Assembly (NCBI GenBank): GCA_009602735.1
Contig: WELA01001939.1
Span: 43,526 to 107,525 of the forward strand
Direction of reading: 5' to 3'
DNA length: 64,000 nucleotides
Source: Mesotaenium endlicherianum
Lineage: Eukaryota
The notes beneath the pieces are model-generated. The model was not told the origin of the DNA, ran no database searches, and saw only the letters and a program-made list of their open reading frames with translations. A program made the position numbers and the translations under genes. This document shows positions 40,779 through 53,700 of the stretch, one piece after another. Every line of letters starts with the position of its first letter. Position 1 is the stretch's first letter.

Positions 40779-43109
40779 ATAATTTTTGCCTTAAAAATAG
40801 GAAACCAGTGTCAGATTGGTTTATATGAAACATAGTCAGCAATACCATAATGAGTGGATTTAAGATAAAATGCTAGGATTGCCTTTCAGGAGACTAGGAA
40901 CTGAAAACCACTTCATGAAGCTAACTTTCTGATGAAAATTACGGACACCGGGGCTCCCAGATAACGGGCGTGGGATTCGCATTTCATGAGACGCGACGTC
41001 GAAATTTCAGACGCGAAACAGGCCGTTTCAGACGCCAAAAAATCTAGAGTGTGAGACTATCGAATTTCGTGAAAGCTGCACCGAACTGCTGAACTGCTGA
41101 ACTGCTGAACAGCGCTTCAGACACGACGACATTGCGAAACATCTCCTCATGCATGGGTACTAAGAGTGGCTGCCACATTTCAGATTCTTGATTATTCTTG
41201 CAAGAATTGTAAAGCTTTTTGCAAAACTTACTGTTCCCTTGACCAGGGTTAAAGTCAAAAGGATCGATTACATGGTGCAAGCGAAAAAGTGTTGCAGTGC
41301 GCGCCCAAAGTTTGAAGGGAACTATCACACCATGCACATCCTAGCTCTTCATGCGCGCCAATGCACCTTTTCGGACTGCCATAGAAGCATATTGACACAA
41401 ATGTCTGGGTTCGTAAGATGTGTTGACTGGAATATTGATTTTGGCTGCAATATCGGTGGAATATAGCCCGCTCTTGAATGCAGCAGAGAAGAACGAGTAC
41501 AATTACTTCTTCTTTCCACCTTGAGAGGCTTTACGCTTTTAGTAGATTGCAATTGAGGTTTGCACACATCTAGCTCTTGTAAACAATAGTTTAAAGCCAA
41601 GTCATTCATATTAAAATACAGCAAGAAATACCATCTCCATTGCAATTTAGAACTAAGCTGCTATTTGACTTTGCGCTAGGGCAAAACTTGTTTCATCAGC
41701 AAGGTCAAAGGAGCCAGCGCAAGTCGTTGCTCTCGTACTCCCCGACACGCAACACTTACGGTGAAGGCGAGGGCGCAATTGCCAGCCGGGCTCGCTGCTA
41801 CGCTTTGCCAACTAGCTTTGCTCCCTACACTTTGACTTTGCTCCCTACACTTTAACTTTGCTCAATCGCTAACATTGAATATCTCATGCGCTCGTCTTCC
41901 TCCTCTTTCTTCCAGCTTTTTTGACGCTCCGAGTGCTCTTGCTCTGCTGATGAGGGCCCTCCCAGCACCCCAAAAAAAAAATTGTGGGAGAGCACGACCG
42001 GGTCGGCAGCGTTCGACTTCATCCAGCCCGCTTACAACATAGCAGATATTTTCACTGACTTGCGCTTTCAGCTGGAGGGCCCCTGCTAGCTCTTGGGGCG
42101 CTTGTAGAGGATACACGCGCGTCCAGGTGCCAGCTGTCAGCAGCTGACACGTGCACTAGTTTTGCAGGGACGTTCTTGCCACACCAAGGGACCTCAGTGG
42201 AGCGCCACCTCGTGCCCATGCTACAGGTCCAAAGAGGGCCAGCCAGAATGTCATGAGGGAGGGATAGACGGAGGGAGGCAGAGAGGACGGGCAGGGGGTG
42301 AGAAGGGAGTGAAGAAAGAAAAGCGGGGAAAGAATGGAAGCTCTGGATGTGGCGGGCAGCAGAAGAGCCGGTGAAGGCAAAGAGAGAGACAGAACAACAT
42401 TCATCAGGTGAATGGTTTTCCTCGGAGCTGTGTCTGTGCTGGCTGCTCATGTTTGTGACGTGAGAATTCTCCACAGGTGGGAATCAGGGTGTTTTTGGGG
42501 AGGTGGGGGGCGAAGGGGGGAGCGGGGGTTGTGGGAGAGCAAAGGTGGTGAAAGGAGGCGTTCAAAAGGGGGTGGATGCTGGGCGCAATCAGTTCCATCA
42601 CAGAGACGAGCTGGCACACTTGTGATGACCTTTCGCTCTCTCCCGTCCCCCGGCCATCCCCTACCAAACAGAGCCTGCCTTCCCCATGACTGGCGCAAGC
42701 TTACCGCCCGCTCCCCTCTGTTCTTAACTGGAACCGGGGCGGGGGCAGAGGCGGAGGCGGGGGCGGGGGCGGGGGCTGTGGCAGTGGGAGAGGTGGGCGA
42801 GGTGGTGCCAGCTCATTTGGGGCGCATAAGTCAGCAGGTGGTGGTGCTGGAGGAGCAGGNGGGCGGGGGTGGGGTGGGAGAGAAAGCCGAGCAGGGGGGT
42901 GCGGCGAGATAAGGGGCGGGGGACTTGGGGGAGAAGGGGGGCTATACCCCCCTGCTTGTCCTTTTAAGTTTCAGCATGCACGGGGTATGTGCCGCCGCTG
43001 CCTCCCGCTTGGTTCTTGGCCTCTGCCTCTGGCTCTGCCACTGTCTCTGCCTCTGCCTTTGCCTCTGCCTTTGCCTTACCTCTAAATCTCTGCAGCAACA
43101 ACAAACATG

Positions 43110-43302
43110 TACATATACATATATATATACATATATATATATGTATATATATATATATAGAGCTGGTCATGCTGAGAGCGCAGCTTCCAAAAGCTGGTCA
43201 TGCTGAGAGCGCAGCTTCCAAAAACGAGATGAGTGTATATATATATGTATATGTATATACATATACATATACATACATATACATATATATATGACCAGCT
43301 CT
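43110..43302. repeat. (TA)n/(TATACA)n tracts around a 31-bp tandem duplication (AGCTGGTCATGCTGAGAGCGCAGCTTCCAAA x2)
   Basis: Seen directly. Confidence 0.85.
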
Positions 43303-43500
43303 GGGAGACCTATGCAGGTGGCAACAGCGCCAGCCAGAGCACCTGCCAATCAGACTCGCACCGCAGGCCCCGGTGCCGGCGCCAGCGCCACCACCGGCAC
43401 CGGCAGCAGCCGACCTAGCTGCCCCAGGTTCCGCCGCAACACCTTCTGCGCACACTCCAGAACTCCTGCGGCCCAAATGGCTCTACTCTGGCCACAGGAG

Positions 43501-43536
<36 letters not shown>

Positions 43537-43699
43537 GCCGCCGCTTCTGTCCTCTCTCCACCTGCCCCCCACGCCCCCCTTGTCAATGGAAGCCCAGGGC
43601 CCTAACCTGCTCAGAAGTCCTGCACCCCAAGAGGCGAGCTCTGCCGAGGGCGTGGCAGGTGGCAGCAGAGCAGCAGGCTACAGCGGCCACCTCTGCCCT

Positions 43700-45483
43700 C
43701 TGTCCTCTGCCCTCTCTCCTGGCTCCTCCCTTCACTGGAAACCCCAAACTCGCTCAGCATCCCCGAGCCTTCACAGTGGCCAGCTGGCCACAACTCTGCC
43801 GCCCTTCCATTCCACCGGCACACTTCTTCGCCTGCCAGGGCCTCTGGAGAAAGCATCCCTTAAGCCTTGCCAGCTTGACCAAAATCCAGGCTCTCCTCTT
43901 CTTAGGGCTCTGGCCGGTTGCACCCCGCCACGTGTCTGACCACCTGATCAAGCCACCCCTTTAGCACGTCTCTGCGCCCACTAAAGCCTCCCCTTTCCAA
44001 GGGGCGAGCATCATCTCCTTGCCCGCATGACTTCCCGTTCCAGCCGAAGCCCGGAGCTGCAGATTTGTTCAGCTGTGGTCCATCCACTCACTCACTCCTC
44101 CAGCACATTAGCTTCGTGTCGGCTTGGGGGCCTCTCTGCAGAGCGGGCACCCTACCACCTTCCAGAATTCAGGGCCTGGCGTGGAGAAGCATCTGCTAAG
44201 GCTACATTCACACCGTACATGCACTGGCGCGCCCTCCCCCTGTCTTCAGCCCTCAGACCCAAGGCTCGTGGAGTAAGCTTTCCCCGTAATAGAGTGCCTG
44301 CGGCCAGGGCTGCATGACTCATAAGGAACGTAGAGCAGGGGCGCGCCCGTTGCCCGAGAGAGAGGAAGATGGTGCCACTTGGCAGTCAACCAGCGAGCTA
44401 AGACAACACATGCAGAGGAGACGCCCACGCGGAGGTAGCATGAGTGTGGGGATCGGGTGTCAGGCACAGGCTCGGACCTTCGGATTTGAGGCTCGGGACT
44501 CGGGGCTTGGCTCGGAGTTTGGGTCGGAGTGTGCGGGTGTGTGCTACGTCGCGCTCCACAACAACTTGCAAGAATCAATTTTCAAAAGCGGGGGAGTCCC
44601 CCTCAGGGCTTGTATGGGCCTGTACACGTGTCAGGGTTTAGGGTGTGGGGTTCAAGGCGCCTGCCTCAGTGCTGGAGATGGCAAGCCCTAATGGCAAGCC
44701 CTGAGGGGCGGCATGGGCCGCAGGCAACCCGCAGCCAGGGGGCGGATGGGAAGTGTTGGGAAGGCGACAGAGCAAGCCAGGGTGCAGAGAAGGGGCTTGA
44801 GGTCCAGGGTTTGGAGTTTAAGGTCTCAAGATTGGGGTTGAGAGTTAGAGTGTAAGGGGCCTACCTCTGGGCAAGAGATGGAAAGCTCCCAGAGGCCCCG
44901 TCATGGAACGCACGAAGTCCTCTATCGAGGGAGGCAGGTCCCAGCACTCACAAACCCTCAGGCCAACCAGCGCGGGGAGCACGGGCAGCGTGGGGCACAG
45001 GGGCGCCGCCGGAGTCTCCAGCCTGAGGCAGAGCACCTGCAGGCTTGCCAACTGCCAAGCATGGGGTGGACGGGGAAGCAGCAAGCCTTGTACGTTTCCC
45101 GGGAGAGCTCAAGTATGCAGCAGTCGCGCGGCAGCCGCCTCAAACGCGCCTGCAGGGCAAAGACGAGAGCCCCCAGACTTTAGAGCGTCCAAGTAGCGTT
45201 GAGATTTGGGAGAGGCAAACTGCACTCGGCATCTTTGCATCATTCAATTGGCAAGTGCATTTTTGAAAAGTTACGCTAAGGCACGGGATGGTGGCAACTA
45301 TCACAGCGCCGTCGACCAGCTGCCGCATTCCACTCATATCAAAATCTACGTCAACTTAGCTAGACCACGCATATCACACATCCATCGCTGGAGCAGCTTG
45401 AACTAGCAAGTTGTGTGGAAACCGGCTATATTTTCAATACCCAGCTCACGGTATGTGTTCAAGCTTCAACGTGCACCCTCAAG
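43700..45483 (-). pseudogene. Second, more decayed copy of the F-box/LRR-like family, 5'-truncated by the hAT insertion
   Basis: QARLRRLPRDCCILELSRETYKACCFPVHP / QLASLQVLCLRL..LPALVGLRV..IEDFVRSMTG aligns by eye with the 7050 ORF (QVHLKNLTLNFYDLNLPKKFLRGRCLPVSP..QLASLKELHIRV..LPAFAGLRV..LESVRSMTG). It has the same donor GAG|GTAGGC at 44865/44864. The 3' limit is uncertain. Confidence 0.65.
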
Positions 45484-46917
45484 CAGGGTTACGCCGTATG
45501 CCGTACAGGTCAACTCTTGTACGCTTAAATAAGCGTACAGCATCGGTATGCACGTCTAAGCGTACAAATATTTATTACTCGTGCGCGCCACCCAGTAACG
45601 CGTCGACGCCTTCATGTCGGGGACCGTATGCTGCACGTGTGAATTTCAATGTAGCGTCGATCGACAGGATAATGAGATGAAAGTACGACAATGTCAGGTT
45701 GCTGCAGCATCAGCGGGTACTTAGAATTTTGCAAAATTTTACCAAAAGGTGTTCACCAATATTTTTGAAACCGCGAACTTCGCTCATGGATCGTCCTCGG
45801 TAGCTGCGAAGCACACTGCCATGACCCCTCTGAGGCCAAGCCTAAGGGCTACCTATATAACAATTTAGTAGCCCATTTCAGTTCATTCTGCAGCACCATT
45901 CAGCCCGTAAGTTGCACTTCTCGCCTTTCGTTCACCTCCATCACTTTATTGCTGTATGCACTTGCTTGCTGTAGCAGGCGTCAACATGTTGTCTTCACTT
46001 CGTGATTCTAATGTGCGTGCTTTTTTATATATAATGTACATTCTCGATTGGGATGGCCTCAATTACCTGTTTTATCTTGCTTCTTGTAATGTTTATGCTG
46101 CTCAGTATTTCAGATTTGTATTATAGTGGTTGCTCTAACAAGTTTTCAAATGTCACTCAAATTTGTCTTGGCCCGTATACTGTATTGCTTACATTCTATT
46201 CAACAGTTTTGCTACTTTCAGGGACGTCGACAGAAGAAAGTGGCCGGACATTCATATTGCCACTGGGCCGATTTGCCAAATTGATAAGGTCAGATTTGCT
46301 CCCCCTCTTTGCTTTCTCATTTGTTCTTCGTGTTTGATAATCTCTTAGATTTTTTCGTGTAATGGCCTCATTGTTGGATGTTTAGCATTTCAATGGTTAC
46401 CATGTAGGGATGTGTTTGTATACCAAATAGCATGGTCCAATTGCTCTTATGTGTACTAAATCTTTTGTGCCCTTTGTTTTCTATGTGTCTTCAATATAGA
46501 AGGCTTTGGAAGCTCAATTCTACTATCCTCCTACACGTGCATCAGATACTTAGGTATGTCTCGTTGTTGATGGCTGCTCTCTTGCTCGCTTGCTCACGTG
46601 TTGCTTTTATTTTGCTTTCCTGTTGCTGCTTTTTCTCTTTCTAGCTGTTGTGTCTTTGCTTTCCAGTTGCTAATCTCATGCTCTTGTCCTTCTCTGCCTC
46701 TGCTCTTTTGCTTTTTGGCTGCTGTGTCTTTGCTTTCCAATTGCTGCTGTGACGCTCTTTTGCTTTCTTATAGCTGCTTTCTTGCCTTCTTGCTGCTAGT
46801 CTGATGCTCTTTTGCTTCTCTGCTTGTGCTTGTTTGCTGTCCTGATGCTGCCTGCTTGCTCACCTGTTGGGTCTCTTGCTCTTTTCCTTTCTCGTTGCTG
46901 CTTTTGTGCCTTCCTGC

Positions 46918-48100
46918 TGATGCTCTATTGCTCTATTGCGCGGGCAGGCCAAAAGGAGCAAGGCGGCAGCCCTTGCACCTACCAACACGCCACAGTCATC
47001 CGAGTCCTATATCGGGTCCATTGCCCCCCCCTCAACTCTTCCATCTTTCTTGCTATCTTTTCTGGCCTGCCTTGTTCTTTATGCTTGTGTCTTCTGCGTG
47101 CTCTCTGCGCTGTCTCCTTGTGCTTGCTTGTTTGTGTCCTGTCGCTTACGGCTACCCGTATGTTGCATTGTTTTACAACTTTGTCTCCTTGTTTGTCTTG
47201 TATGAAGCATGGAAATACAGAAAGGAGTTAGTAGACCCCCTTGTGCCTATCGACGCGTGTGCCTATTGTCGCATGAGTGACCTCGACACGTGGACAGGTG
47301 CCTCAACCCTCCCTCCTTCCTCTTCCCGCTCTCTCTTGTGTCCCTTGTTTGCTCTTGTCAGGCCTAGCTGCCAGCCCCTTGCGTTCTTTTGTGGGGCTGG
47401 CTGCCAGCCCCTTGCTTGCTGCTGTCGGGGTTGGCGGCCAGCCCGTGCTTGCTGTTTTATGGTTCAGTGGGGGCGGGCTTGCTTGCTGTTTTAGGGTCTT
47501 AGTTGGGGCTGGCTGTTGTCTTACTTGCCCCTGTCGGGGCTGGCGGCCAACCCCGTGCTCTTGTCGGGGCTGGCTTATTGATGCTCTAATGCTCTATTGC
47601 TCTATTGCGCGCGGGCAGGCCAAAAGGAGCAAGGCGGCAGCCCTTGCACCTACCGACACGCCACAGTCATCCGAGTCCTATATCGGGTCCGTTGCCCCCC
47701 TCCCCCACTCTTCCGTCTTTCTTGCTATCTTTCCTGGCCTGCCTTGTTCTTTATGCTCGTGTCTTTTGCGTACTCTCTGCGCTGTCTCCTTGTGCTTGCT
47801 TGTTTGTGTCCTGTTGCTTACGGCTACCCGTACGTTGCATTGTTTTACAACTTTGTCTCCTTGTTTGTCTTGTATGAAGCATGGAAATACAGAAAGGAGT
47901 TAATAGACCCCCTTGTGCCTATCGACGCGTGTGCCTATTGTCGCATGAGTGACCTCGACACGTGGACAGGTGCCTCAACCCTCCCTCCTTCCTCTTTCCC
48001 GCTCTCTCTTGTGTCCCTTGTTTGCTCTTGTCGAGCCTGGCTGCCAGCCCCTTGTGTTCTTTTGTGGGGCTGGCTGCCAGCCCTTTGCGTGCTGTTGGAG
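46918..48100 (+). repeat. Tandem duplication with ~670-bp period (46918-47587 vs 47588-~48100)
   Basis: Near-identical blocks beginning ATGCTCTATTGCTCTATTGCGCG; the duplicated ORFs in the track (46826/47597) confirm it. Confidence 0.9.
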
Positions 48101-48358
48101 GGTTTTAGCCGGGGTGGGCTGGCTGCCCCTTGCTTGCTATTTTAGACCTTTAGTTGGGGCTGGTTATCGTTGTGCTTGCTCTTGTTGGGGCCGGCGGCCA
48201 ACCCCGTGCGTGCTCCTGCCAGGGCTGGCTGCCAGCCTCGAGCTTGCTCTTGTTGGGGCTGGATGCAAGCCCCTTGCTTGCTGCTGTCGGGGATGTCGGG
48301 GATGGCGGCCAGCCCGTGCTTGCTGTTTTATGGTTCAGTCGGGGCGGGCTTGCTTGCT

Positions 48359-49623
48359 TGAAATGAATCTTGCTTATTCAAGATTAATATATTTCATTTA
48401 AATATAAGATCAGAGATAGGTGGAAGCGTGTGAAATCAGGGAGCGATCGTCGCCCTTCCAAGATTTCTGTTTACTCGTCTATAATCCTGGACTCACTTAC
48501 GTTAGTGTGCCATAGTTGCACACTAATACAAGGCACAAGAAAGAGGCGAGCTTGAGGACTAGAGCTTCTCCTTTAGAAACTCATGGCCTCTTGCCTACCC
48601 GGCATACAAGCATGTGTAAGCACATACACAACATCAGGGGGCTGAATAGCAAAGGCGCTCTCATTCAGATGACCATAAAGTAGCTAAAATACATCCCACT
48701 GACTTAGGTGCAAAACCATAGAATTTGTCCGCTGTGTGACCCCAAAATGTCACCGAAATGTCAGAGGGCATAACTCTGTCAATACTACTTCAAATTGAGC
48801 AAACTTAACGGTAACGGATGCATCTTGACGAGACCTTTCCAAAAAGTCCTAGTTCGCTCCATTTGAAGCGCAGACAAAGCAGCCATGTTAATTTCCGTGA
48901 AGGCTGGTCATTAGAACGAACCCAAAAGGTGCACACATGACTTGCAAGTAGAAATCCGACTGTAAAGCCTACTGTCCAGAATGAGGGACCACGAGATCCC
49001 AGCCTGCTATGTACCTAGTGACCACCTGGTTGACCACGGCGCAAGGTGCGCCGTTTCGTGGGAAACTCGTTAAGTTGGGACCCACGAATCCAGGTATAAC
49101 GACCATATTAATTGGTTGATTGACTGAAGTCCTAACTGTTCAGTTGACTGACGACGGCTCCGCCTACCCCGGAGTTAACCACACTGGTAGGACATCGTTT
49201 CACCAAATCTCAGTCGACCTTCCGACTTTCAGTATACTACGGTCACATGTGCTAATCTACACATAATAATATAAATGAATATATCTATCCTCAGCGTACT
49301 AAAGCTAAGTATTCTGACTAATATCAAGCGGGCTCACTATACGTCAACCTACTGATATTATATCCTATATAATTGGTACACAAAGTCAGCAAACTATACT
49401 ATGATACAAAGTCATCCTGCTGACCTTTTCAACAAAGTCAGCAAACTACACTATGATACAAAGTCATGTTGCTGACCTTTTTGACAAAGTAAGTAAACTC
49501 GCATTACATCGACATACATTCATTTATATGAACTCGCTCATGTGAGTATGTTGACATAAAACTTATTTAGGGTTGTATTTGTATATGAAATCAATTAAAT
49601 AAATAATGGACTGATTCATTACA
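48359..49623. mobile_element. Solo LTR, 1265 bp
   Basis: Ends TGAAATGAATC...GATTCATTACA (TG..CA, 11-bp imperfect IR). Perfect 5-bp TSD TTGCT. No coding capacity. Confidence 0.85.
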
Positions 49624-50757
49624 TTGCTGTTTTAGGGTCTTAGTTGGGGCTGGCTGTTGTCGTGCTTGCTTCTGTCGGGGCTGGCGGTCAACCCCGTGCG
49701 TGCTCCTGCCAGGGCTGGCTGCCAGCCCCGTGCTTGCTCTTGTTTGGGCTGGCGGACAGTCCGTGCCTGCTGATAATGGTTTTAGTCGGGGCGGGCTTGC
49801 TTGCTGTTTTAGGGTCTTAGTTGGGGCTGGCTATTGTCTTGCTTGCTCATGTCGGGGCTGGCAGCCAACCCCGTGCGTGCTCTTGTCGGGGCTGGCTGCT
49901 AGCCCCATGCTTGCACTTGTCGGGGCTGGTTGCTAGCCCCGTGCTTGCTTTTGTCGGTTCTGGCTGCCAGCCCCTTGCTTGCTGCTGTTGGGGCTCGCAG
50001 CCAGCCTGTGCTTGCTGTTTTAGGGTTTAGTCGGGGCGGGCTTGCTTGCTATTTTAGGGTCTTAGTTGGGGCTGGCTATTGTCCTGCTTGCTCCTGTCAG
50101 GACTGGCGGCCAACCCCGTGCGTGCTCTTTTTGGGGCTGGCTGCCAGCCCCTTGCTTGCTGCTGTTGGGGCTAGCAGCAAGCCCGTGCTTGCTATTTTAG
50201 GATTTAGTCGGGGCGGGCTTGCTTGCTGTTTTAGGGTCTTAGTTGGGGCTGGTTGTTGTCTTGCTTGCTCGTGTCGGGGCTGGCAGCCAACCCCGTGCGT
50301 GCTCTTGTCTGGGCTGCTTGCCCCGTGCTTGCTCTTGTTGGGGCTGGCTGCCAGCCTCTTTGAAATGAATCGACTTACCAAATAGACGATTAACGATTAA
50401 CAATTAATGAAGATCTTTATATCAGCAAGTAATCTTTATGGTATTTGTTGTAAAGAGAATAAACAGCAAAGGACAACACACTAGCAGTAGACCACAGTTC
50501 GCAAGTCAAATGCAAGTAAACTAGCATCAATAATGCAATTAGTAAACTTATACATAAGCAAGGTTAGAAGACAGTGCGTGTCAATGGCTTCTCGCCTTGG
50601 ATTCAGATCTCTCTCTCAGTAAGCTGTACAAGAGAGTTGGCCTCGTTTCCAAATGCCGAAATCGAGAGCAATGCCTAGCATATGTACATGGAATGAGTTT
50701 ACTGTTCAACGGCCAGTGCGATGGCACCGCCTAATCACGTTGGTAGGACCTCGGTTA

Positions 50758-53700
50758 CGGGGTTACGCCGTACGCTAGTACGCTAAATACGCTTCGTACG
50801 CTAGTTTGCTAAATTTGATATGTAAAAAGTTGGCTCCGTTCGCTTAGTACGCTAAGTACGTGCTAATGTCGACGTCACGACATTACATTTGAACGTCAAC
50901 GGTAAGTCCTGACGGTCGCACGTGTAAAAGTACATTTGTACTTCTTTTCTAGAAAGCCGGGTAGCAAAAAAACTTTTTTTACCAGGCAAAAAAAAATTGA
51001 GAGATTTAACCTTTTTTCGTTTTGCCTCATTGGCTAGCGATCTCTAGCAGCGGGTTATGATCTTGCGTCGCTACAGATTATCATGAAAGAGAGGCAACCA
51101 CTACATCAAAAAGAGATGATATAAGTTAACCCATGAACAAATTCATATTGCATTGCTCATGTAATTTTTAGCTATTTTAATTAGATCATCCTCATTTGTC
51201 GATTGCGCAGCTAACTATGTCTGAAACTAACCTACCAACTAGAATACGAGTGGCTTTTGAGCTTATAATGAAGGTGGCAATTTAATATGCATAGCAATGT
51301 TCCAGCTTCCATTATCAAACAATATGTATAATAATGATATTTTTACAAACAATAAAACCCCACATAATAATTGAGTCCTTAAATTCTTGACAGTTAATGT
51401 GCATGTATTGCCAACTATAATTTAATGTAAGAGCTAAACTCTTAACACCTTCACATTACAAGCATGACCTTCCTTGCCTCTTTTTTGCATGCATAAACAC
51501 ACATATACAATTCAAGTGGCCAATCAAATAAAACAAAGTGTTCAAAAGCCGAGAGCAATCAGACGTCGAGGGGTACAAAGAGAGCGAGATGGAGAGGAAA
51601 AAAATCGAAGAGAGAGGAGAGAGACAAGCCTGCAACAGCAGCCTTCACAACCCCCTCAGACATGGAACCAGCCGCAAGCACATGTAAAGGGGGAGAGAGA
51701 TGTCAAGAAAATAGTGGGGGAGGGAAAGAGAGGGCGAGAGGAGAGGGAGCAAGAGAGAAATAGGGACAAGTTAAAAAAGAGTGACAAGCGTGCTGCTGCT
51801 GCAGCCCCAATGACCCCCTGATGTATGGCAGCACCTGCCAGCACACACAAAGAGAGAGAGGGAGAGGAATGGAGAGGGTGAGAGAAAGGAAGAGAGGGAG
51901 AGGGGGAGAGGGGAAGAGGGAGAAAGAGCCCCCCAACAACCCCTCCGACAACGACTCGTAAAGTGGCAGAGACAATGAAAGAACGGGAAAGAGAGAGATA
52001 TAGAAGGGCCCCTCCCCCTGGCTCCCCCTCTAGCTGTGGCATTCAAGAGCCCAAGGAGGCACTAGTGGCACGTCAAGTACAAAGGGAGGGGGCATAAGAC
52101 ACCGAGGTGGTGATGAACCAAGGTGGAAACAGGAAGCAGGTAACAAGCGACAGGTGGCAAGGGTACGGGAAGCAGCATGTGGCAGGTGGCAGTCGGCAAG
52201 CTACAAGAGGCAAGCGGTAACACACACCAAATCTACACCGTCGGAAGACACAGCTGCTTGTTGGGCACACCCCCCACTGCGTCGGTGCATGTACAAGGCA
52301 ACCATAGGCGGGGGGGGGATGCGTACAACTTACCTTCGGCTCACCAGGAAGATGCCGCTGGGCCTGGCACATTGACACACACGCACCAGGCACGCACCAG
52401 GCGCTCATTGTTGTCAGCTGCCCATACACATGAGCGTACACGTAGACACGTCTTATACGCACGTGTACACGCACATACCTCCGCAGAGGCCCAGTTGCGC
52501 CCCCACGTGCGCGCGCGTGCGCCGCACTCGCCCACCCGCTCTCCTGCCCTGCCCGCGCAAGCACACACACTGGTATACAGGCACAAACACGCCCCCTGCC
52601 CGCCCGCGCACGTGCACACAGGACTGCTAGCACGCTAGCACGCCAATGAGAGCAATGGGGCCAGCAACAAGCTCCCCACCTTGTAGTGCGGCCCGAGGCG
52701 CGTGCCGTTACGCTGGCACGCTCTTGAGCATCGTGGGGCAGATGCCCAGCGCCTTGGCGACCGCGTTGATGGGCAGGTGGAAGTGCTGCGCCAGGTTGCC
52801 CATCGCGAGCTTGCCGGTGTGCTCTCGCTGCGCGCCCCCAAGCCCCCCCCCACCCCTCCTCTCCCCCCCCTNNNNNNNNNNNNNNNNNNNNNNNNTCCCC
52901 CCCCTTCCCCCCCTCTCCCCGCAATCCCCATGAATGCTGACAGCTCACACGTCAGGGGGGACTGACAGGGAGGACGGGCACCAGGCACACAGGCCGGGAG
53001 GTATACGTGCAAACAGACAAACAGATAGGCGGGGAGACACAGGCACGCGGGCGGAGAAACGGAGGTGTAGAGAAGGACTGACGAGCTGCTTGCACCGGGA
53101 GATGGGCAGCAACATACTCAAGCACCCCAGCACCACACCCCGCACAAAGAGGTGCAGGCAGGAGTAGACACACGCACACAGAAATCCACACACCTGCAGG
53201 TGCGCGCCCGCAGCACACGTGCATATGGTCCAAGCCCCCACCCCCCCCCCCCACACTCCCAACGCACCAGCACCAGACCAGAGGCGTGCAGCCGCAGCCG
53301 TTGACCCCCGCACATAGAAGACGCCCAAAGACGCCCGGCGATCATAGCCATCAGCCGCCCATGCACGCGCGTGCACGCAGACACGTGCACAGACGTACGT
53401 GTACAGATGCACACACTTCCTGCACAGCCCCATGTGCGCACACACGCGCGCAAGCGTGCACCCACTTGCCCACCCGCTCTCCTATCCACACAAGCACACA
53501 CTCTAGTTCACCCGCACCCATTGCTCGCCCGCAAGAACGCAAGCACACAGACTTGTGCGTGTGCACGCGCCAGCCGCCACACACACACACACACACAGCC
53601 ATGCTTCTTCATGCAGGTGTGCGCCCCCTGCCCGCACACGCCCCCACCCCCCAACACCCCGGATGCCGCCGCAACCGTCGAACCCGCGCACACACCCCCC

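Larger units (their letters stand above)
26089..41051 (+). mobile_element. Full-length CMC (EnSpm/CACTA-like, possibly Plavaka-related) DNA transposon, 14,963 bp
   Basis: Perfect 13-bp TIRs CACTCTAGATTTT (26089-26101) and AAAATCTAGAGTG (41039-41051). 2-bp TSD TG on both sides. Encloses a CMC-type transposase. Confidence 0.85.

Noticed and set aside
46812..50385. Cys/Leu-rich ORFs as genes, or the repeats as a CRISPR array
   Set aside because: They are translations of the minisatellite and tandem duplication; there are no unique spacers or cas genes, and the context is eukaryotic.
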